From: Mobula hypostoma
Lineage: Eukaryota
Assembly: GCF_963921235.1 (NCBI RefSeq)
Contig: NC_086097.1
Coordinates: forward strand, 76,076,001-76,140,000
DNA: 64,000 bases
Direction: 5' to 3'
Positions within the stretch are counted from its first letter, which is position 1. Every line of letters begins with the position of its first letter. Positions 61,601-64,000 of the stretch are shown here, piece by piece. A program made the translations under genes and the position numbers. The notes beneath the pieces are model-generated. The model did no database searches and had not been told where the DNA came from. It saw only the letters and a program-made list of their open reading frames with translations.

Positions 61601-62878
61601 TTGCTTTCTCAGCAAGTTCCCAGTACATCTACCCTTAAAGCTGATCAACCATTAGAAGGGCAATCTGATTGGTCATCCTCTGAATTGCCAGCCCAACCTG
61701 TTACAAATACACTACTCGCAAATGGCAAAATAAATCCCTGCCCAACTGACACGAGCAGAACATCTAAGAAGAGCAATAATCAAAATTGCATTAGTAGTTC
61801 AGATCAGCAAGAGAAAAATGGAATTGTAGTTCCTCAAAGCAAGAATACATCTTCGCCTTCAGTTAAAGATCCTACTAACACTGACAAAAATTGTGCTACA
61901 GTATTTTCATTACCAGGACTGGTGTCTGAGCAAGTAACATCAAGCTATAAACAAAAAGAGCAGGATGAAAATTGTGATCCTGGTGAGTTAACTGCCCCAA
62001 CATCTTCAGGCATATATGGTGGTCATCCTCCCTTTGAATTGCACCAGTCTGTATTCCTGGCCAATGAATTGGGGGTTACTTTCAATAAGGGTGACAGCTC
62101 AGCTTCTACAGATGGAACTTCAGCTTTAGAATTTTCTGCAAAGTTGCCTACTTTGGACATTCCTCTGAGAAATATTTCAGTAGAAGAGCTGCCAGACACT
62201 GAACATGGTCATCACTTCAAAGTGGTTGAACATATTCAGCGATTTAATAGTCTTTCATTAAATGATCAAACTCCAAAATATAAAACTGTGCGGTCACCTT
62301 TAAAGTTCAAACGTACTCCAGTCCGTCAGTCTGTTAGAAGGATGAATGCACTGTCGTCTGGCAATGAAAAGTTAGTAGCAAGCAGGAACAGAATGTGTAA
62401 AATTTCATTTGGTTCTCCAAAAATTAAGCCATTAAGTCATGAAAGTGGTTTGTCATTTAATCAAAATTCATTAGCGTTGAAACAAAATTTTAATATAAAA
62501 CAAAATAAGCTCAGAGACAATGCTTGTCAAAATGATTTATCTACTGAAGGATTCTGGAAAACTGAATTAGCAATACATACAAAACATACTGCTGAGTTTA
62601 AAGAAAAGAATTTGGGCAGCAAACCGAAGAACTCTGCTCAAAATGTCAACCAGTCCATTTCTCAGGATTGGACTAGTAAGACAATATCAGGAGTTTACCA
62701 AGCCGACTGTGTGCTGCCAAAGCATAATCTAGTTACTAAAATGTCTGCTGCAACTCCAGAAAAATCCTTTTCTAATGTTATACTGCATAAAGTTTCAGAG
62801 AAAGAAAAACATCAATACAAAGGTTCACCAAAGTGCCCCATATCAACAAAATTGACAACTAAAGCCATAGACCTATAA
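10538..62878 (+). CDS. ARHGAP11A: Rho GTPase-activating protein 11A orthologue, multi-exon and 5'-partial. Join 10538-10626, 14385-14481, 16197-16450, 27715-27878, 37296-37442, 39637-39708, 50810-50906, 53703-53800, 54509-54638, 55758-55863, 57705-57849, 61197-62878
   Basis: All 12 exons have AG acceptors, the first 11 have GT donors, phases are compatible, and the total is 3081 nt with no internal stop. The translation has a RhoGAP domain ([51 protein letters not shown]) and ARHGAP11A-type downstream motifs ([46 protein letters not shown]) recognised from the human protein. Confidence 0.95.
11642..11950 (+). mobile_element. tRNA-derived V-SINE-like element, diverged
   Basis: Degenerate A/B boxes followed by V-domain-like text (ttctccccatggctgcatgggttttt..gggtgctctggtttcct..ctaaagacatg). 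Confidence 0.65.
11990..14110 (-). mobile_element. Patchwork of old CR1-like LINE fragments
   Basis: CATAGAAA-type tail at about 11993, FADDT-type remnants (gtgtcatctgcaaa) and ORF1-like remnants ([14 protein letters not shown]). Confidence 0.6.
14385..14481 (+). CDS. ARHGAP11A: ARHGAP11A exon, 97 nt, containing the arginine finger (EGLFRKSG, Arg codon 14443-14445)
   Basis: ttttag|G acceptor and AAG|gtactg donor; [32 protein letters not shown]. Confidence 0.95.
15150..15680 (+). mobile_element. Degraded Penelope-like RT fragment
   Basis: [11 protein letters not shown] at about 15234 and [16 protein letters not shown] in ORF 15398..15610 are PLE RT motifs. Confidence 0.7.
16197..16450 (+). 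CDS. ARHGAP11A: ARHGAP11A exon, 254 nt (RhoGAP core)
   Basis: ctctag|GCC acceptor and CAG|gttcgt donor; overlaps ORF 16203..16478 ([22 protein letters not shown]...FLNNVSLR). Confidence 0.95.
17820..18600 (-). mobile_element. Old Penelope-derived fold-back end plus GIY-YIG remnant
   Basis: ORFs 18266..18505 and 18390..18581 retain [14 protein letters not shown] and [10 protein letters not shown]; there is an inverted tail pair at about 17830-18000. Confidence 0.55.
20330..25500 (-). mobile_element. Rex/Babar-like LINE remnant split by the CR1 insertion (pieces at about 20330-20729 and 24669-25500)
   Basis: Similar to the LINE fragments at 29133-30445 and 40110-40900; KFVDDT remnant at about 25100; the text resumes across the CR1. 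Confidence 0.6.
20730..24665 (-). mobile_element. Near-full-length CR1-clade LINE with zinc-finger plus SGNH-esterase ORF1 and fragmented APE-RT ORF2
   Basis: ORF1 has HICARC plus coiled coil, then GDS / CLPGA / VHIGTNN / DRSHLN. ORF2 has [33 protein letters not shown] and [15 protein letters not shown]. (TTTCTATG)n-type tail at about 20730. Confidence 0.9.
25501..26009. mobile_element. Tc1/mariner-type MITE with a short palindromic unit at each end
   Basis: TA|CAGTACTGTGCAAAAGTCTT ... AAGATTTTTGCACAGTACTG|TA; internal TIR copies close mini-units at 25501-25560 and 25945-26009. Confidence 0.75.
26876..27055. repeat. Fold-back (inverted) Penelope-end element
   Basis: aaaacaaactgctgtggaaactc.. 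pairs with ..cagttcctccagcagtttgttttt; decayed hammerhead halves lie in the centre. Confidence 0.65.
27715..27878 (+). CDS. ARHGAP11A: ARHGAP11A exon, 164 nt ([20 protein letters not shown]...TLIENFEGI)
   Basis: cttag|G acceptor and TTG|gtatgt donor; canonical RhoGAP NKM..NLA.VFAPNL motif. Confidence 0.95.
28150..28312 (+). mobile_element. Penelope 3'-end fragment with a mutated hammerhead (28182-28217)
   Basis: AGTC-CTGAAGA-A-GGGT-CTTT-GCCC-AAAAC-GTC-GACT (GAAA changed to AAAA), then the shared tail tttgtgtgtgttgctttggatttccagcatctgcaga. Confidence 0.75.
28676..29100 (-). mobile_element. Penelope 3'-end fragment
   Basis: Reverse complement of the tail, pyrimidine tract and end of the GIY-YIG coding sequence seen at 500-967. 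Confidence 0.75.
29133..30445 (-). mobile_element. Rex1/Babar-like LINE, 5'-truncated RT
   Basis: [62 protein letters not shown] and [15 protein letters not shown] motifs. Confidence 0.85.
31549..33050 (+). mobile_element. Degraded CR1 ORF2 fragment
   Basis: [32 protein letters not shown] and SKFGDDTK motifs. Confidence 0.8.
33163..34318 (+). mobile_element. Internally deleted hAT transposon (Charlie/Buster/SPIN-type transposase remnant)
   Basis: TIRs CAGGGGTAGGC / GCCGACCCCTG and a perfect 8-bp TSD GTATAGCC (33155-33162, 34319-34326). Coding remnants [32 protein letters not shown] and [12 protein letters not shown]. Confidence 0.9.
34640..36002 (-). mobile_element. Tigger/pogo-type deletion derivative
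   Basis: TA-flanked imperfect TIRs (CAGGTTTCACCCG.. / ..GGGGGACACTTG); minus-strand acidic C-terminal remnant [24 protein letters not shown]; internal direct repeat at about 34780-34876 and 34981-35032. Confidence 0.7.
37043..37270. repeat. Fold-back Penelope-end element with two opposed hammerhead-derived motifs, just upstream of an exon
   Basis: Arms 37043-37125 and 37143-37228 are reverse complements. Minus strand 37136-37101 reads AGTC-CTGATGA-A-GGAT-CTCG-GACT-GAAAG-ATC-GACT. Confidence 0.8.
37296..37442 (+). CDS. ARHGAP11A: ARHGAP11A exon, 147 nt ([15 protein letters not shown]...KRRRRRSVG)
   Basis: ttcag|GT acceptor and GAG|gttaat donor; ends in a basic, NLS-like cluster. Confidence 0.93.
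39637..39708 (+). CDS. ARHGAP11A: ARHGAP11A exon, 72 nt ([24 protein letters not shown])
   Basis: Pyrimidine tract then tttcag acceptor; CTG|gtaggt donor; resembles human DFVSGALNKFKPNRTP. Confidence 0.92.
40110..40900 (-). mobile_element. Degraded Rex/Babar-like LINE 3' fragment
   Basis: [20 protein letters not shown] and [13 protein letters not shown] remnants. Confidence 0.65.
41520..44480 (-). mobile_element. Degraded CR1 ORF2 (APE and RT) with 3' tail
   Basis: [46 protein letters not shown] and [15 protein letters not shown] motifs. Confidence 0.88.
44481..45420 (+). mobile_element. Highly degraded CR1-like fragment in the opposite orientation
   Basis: [20 protein letters not shown] resembles the CR1 endonuclease C-terminus. 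Confidence 0.5.
45500..46225 (+). mobile_element. Old Penelope remnant (GIY-YIG end, pyrimidine tract, decayed hammerhead at about 46123-46160)
   Basis: [24 protein letters not shown] text, then cagtcctgatgcagggtctc and the shared tail. Confidence 0.55.
46633..47215 (+). mobile_element. Penelope 3' fragment with an inverted 5' duplication and a mutated hammerhead (47089-47124)
   Basis: 46719-46880 is homologous to 405-569; 46633-46715 is an inverted, internally deleted copy of the same region; motif AGTC-CTGACAA-A-GGGT-TCCG-GCCC-GAAAC-ATC-GACT. Confidence 0.85.
47636..49068 (-). mobile_element. Young 5'-truncated CR1 LINE with an uninterrupted RT C-terminal reading frame
   Basis: ORF 47734..49107 is open for more than 440 codons ([45 protein letters not shown]); (TTTCTATG)n tail at about 47636-47658. 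Confidence 0.93.
49070..49231 (+). mobile_element. Possible short solo LTR
   Basis: TGTTGT...ACAAC(G) termini, CpG-containing, AGTAAA motifs; no TSD resolved. Confidence 0.35.
49879..50410 (-). mobile_element. CR1 3' fragment
   Basis: [19 protein letters not shown] and [12 protein letters not shown] remnants plus tail. Confidence 0.65.
50810..50906 (+). CDS. ARHGAP11A: ARHGAP11A exon, 97 nt ([32 protein letters not shown])
   Basis: gattag acceptor and AAG|gtacat donor; resembles human SPVILTPNAKRTLPVDSSHGFSSKK. Confidence 0.88.
51086..51257. mobile_element. Tc1/mariner MITE of the same TIR family as 25501-26009
   Basis: TA|CAGGACTGTGCAAAAGTCTTAGGCA...TGCCTAAGATTTGCTCAGTACTG|TA. Confidence 0.75.
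51655..52310 (-). mobile_element. Penelope 3' fragment interrupted by an 80-bp hAT MITE (51668-51747)
   Basis: Reverse complement of the PLE tail, pyrimidine tract and GIY-YIG end. MITE ends are CAGGAGTTCCCAA / TTCGGAGCCCCTG; a related fragment lies at about 1560-1600. Confidence 0.7.
52350..52880 (-). mobile_element. Old CR1 3' fragment
   Basis: [19 protein letters not shown] remnant. Confidence 0.6.
53703..53800 (+). CDS. ARHGAP11A: ARHGAP11A exon, 98 nt ([32 protein letters not shown])
   Basis: cttcacag acceptor and ATG|gtaaaa donor; resembles human KSIKHNFNFELLPS. Confidence 0.88.
54509..54638 (+). CDS. ARHGAP11A: ARHGAP11A exon, 130 nt (GSPQVSLES...[13 protein letters not shown])
   Basis: tttaag acceptor and AAG|gtattt donor; phases fit both neighbours; RRKSKR motif. 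Confidence 0.88.
55758..55863 (+). CDS. ARHGAP11A: ARHGAP11A exon, 106 nt ([35 protein letters not shown])
   Basis: cttccag acceptor and ACA|gtaagt donor; resembles human [31 protein letters not shown]. Confidence 0.94.
57050..57640 (+). mobile_element. Rex/Babar-like LINE 3' end just upstream of an exon
   Basis: [21 protein letters not shown] text; the tail ending aataaatttactttgaac is also seen inverted at about 30480-30560. Confidence 0.6.
57705..57849 (+). CDS. ARHGAP11A: ARHGAP11A exon, 145 nt ([23 protein letters not shown]...)
   Basis: tttgcag acceptor and AGG|gtaaat donor; [10 protein letters not shown] resembles human ESVGWRLANQ. Confidence 0.9.
58474..58733 (+). mobile_element. 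V-SINE-like element with (AATA)n tail
   Basis: A box tagcatagcgg, B box gagttcaattcc, V-domain-like core and aataaataaataa tail. Confidence 0.7.
59087..60535 (+). mobile_element. CR1 3' fragment interrupted by an LTR-like insertion
   Basis: [15 protein letters not shown]..; the CR1 text resumes at about 60039 (..RPNLE*CVQFWSP). Confidence 0.75.
59371..60033. mobile_element. Probable solo LTR, 663 bp
   Basis: TG...CA ends, flanks GATTG/GATAG (5-bp TSD with one mismatch), clean interruption of a CR1, CpG-rich core. Confidence 0.6.
61197..62878 (+). CDS. ARHGAP11A: ARHGAP11A last coding exon, 1682 nt to TAA
   Basis: Long pyrimidine tract then tttcag acceptor; this is ORF 61157..62878, whose N-terminal residues are intronic; ends ...[20 protein letters not shown]. 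Confidence 0.95.
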
Positions 62879-63750
62879 ATATATGGGAAAACCTTTTTTT
62901 TCTTCAAATAGCATTGCTGCTGTTCAATACTTCGAATTGCACAAACTATTTTCCTTAAGTTAATTTTATTGTTGACTTTCAGGTATAATTACTTGGAATG
63001 CTGGAATTCCCTGAATTTTAATTGTATAAGTATTTTCTGAAAATAATGATTCACAATATGTGTACTTGGGTAATACCTTTTTGAAACTATTTCAAAATAT
63101 GCTATAGACTTAAAGCAAACTATTTCAATAGCTTATAGTCAGCTAATAGTTTTATTCAGTTTTCTGTTGATAGCTTTACACTTTTTAACTCGCTGAGTAA
63201 AATTCTAGGATTTTATGAACATTTGTCAATAAAATTATGTGAAAATTTGGGGAAAAAAAAAACAAATTCAACTGCTTAGTTGGATCCAAAATGATACTAA
63301 TATATATAGCTCGTTGATCAGCTGGGCTTTCTGTCATGCCATTCTGATTCTATTTAAAAGTACATTTTGCTGGTTTTGAAATCTTCTCATCCAGAAATCC
63401 TGTTAAGCACTTTTAGTATACTGTAGTTTTGATGCAATTTATTGTATTGTAGCTTTGAACAGAATAAGTACTCCATAAGCAGTATTGTGTTCAAGAAAAG
63501 CACATGCAATAATCTTTCAACTTTTTACAGCCAGTTCTGTTGGGTTTGACTTAATATTTTAATACTGTAATAATTCTAGTATGATTGGTGCAAGTTGATC
63601 GTGAACGAATGTAAACAGTAAGAATCTTATGAAGATAAAAGTAAATTATGATATGGAAGTGTTTACAACATTTGACATGAAGCAGAATTTGAAATAAAAT
63701 ATGCTTTATTATTTACTATGCTGTTGTATTCCCAAGGTGGAAATAAATGG
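62879..63750 (+). promoter_or_regulatory. AT-rich 3'UTR with candidate polyadenylation signals AATAAA at 63228, 63693 and 63742
   Basis: No recognisable repeats between the stop codon and about 63760. The hexamer at 63693 is followed by a T/GT-rich tract. The true cleavage site cannot be determined from sequence. Confidence 0.6.
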
Positions 63751-63759
63751 CTAATTCAT

Positions 63760-63995
63760 ATGGGCATAATTTTAAGGTGATTGGGAGAAAGTACAGAAGT
63801 GGGTATTAGGAGTAAGCCTTTTACACTGTGACGGTTGCGTGGAACGTACTGCTGGGGGTGGTAGTGAAAGATACATTAGGGGCATTTAAGTGACTTGGAT
63901 GAAAGAAAATGGAGGGCTATGATGGGAGAGGGTTATAATGAACTTGGAGTAGGTTAAAAGGTTGGCACATCATGCTGTGCTGTACTGTTCCATAT
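63760..63995 (+). mobile_element. CR1 3' end fragment
   Basis: FTL..AWNVLLGVVV-like text and the CR1 terminal ..tgtgctgtactgttc motif. Confidence 0.6.
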
Positions 63996-64000
63996 AGAAA

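Noticed and set aside
63550..63700. CPE-like TTTTAAT upstream of AATAAA in the 3'UTR
   Set aside because: Expected by chance in such AT-rich sequence; it needs conservation evidence.
1..64000. CRISPR arrays, operons, tRNA/rRNA genes or prokaryotic defence systems
   Set aside because: No regularly spaced repeat-spacer arrays or RNA-gene folds were seen; the region is a spliced vertebrate locus, and the tRNA-like boxes belong to SINE heads.

Overview
Eukaryotic, AT-rich vertebrate DNA; the repeat families suggest a cartilaginous fish (ray or shark, by inference). The window holds 12 coding exons of one + strand gene, an ARHGAP11A orthologue (RhoGAP). These exons splice in frame via GT-AG introns to 1026 aa plus stop (10538-62878), followed by a 3'UTR; the first coding exon was not found and probably lies upstream. 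The introns are packed with transposable elements: a full-length but decayed L1 at the centre of a multi-layer nest of DNA transposons, CR1 LINEs (one with an SGNH-esterase ORF1, one young RT fragment), Rex/Babar-like LINEs, hAT and Tc1/Tigger derivatives with TIRs and TSDs, V-SINEs, and probable solo LTRs. The most notable non-obvious signal is a family of Penelope-like element (PLE) ends carrying minimal hammerhead ribozyme motifs. One copy (868-903) is intact, lies in a young TSD-flanked insertion and is sense to the host gene. Several other copies are disabled by CpG-type transitions, and some form fold-back elements, one of which abuts an exon. Hammerheads in PLEs are an established phenomenon; their arrangement here is what is worth testing. 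Most short ORFs in the supplied track are spurious or TE debris.
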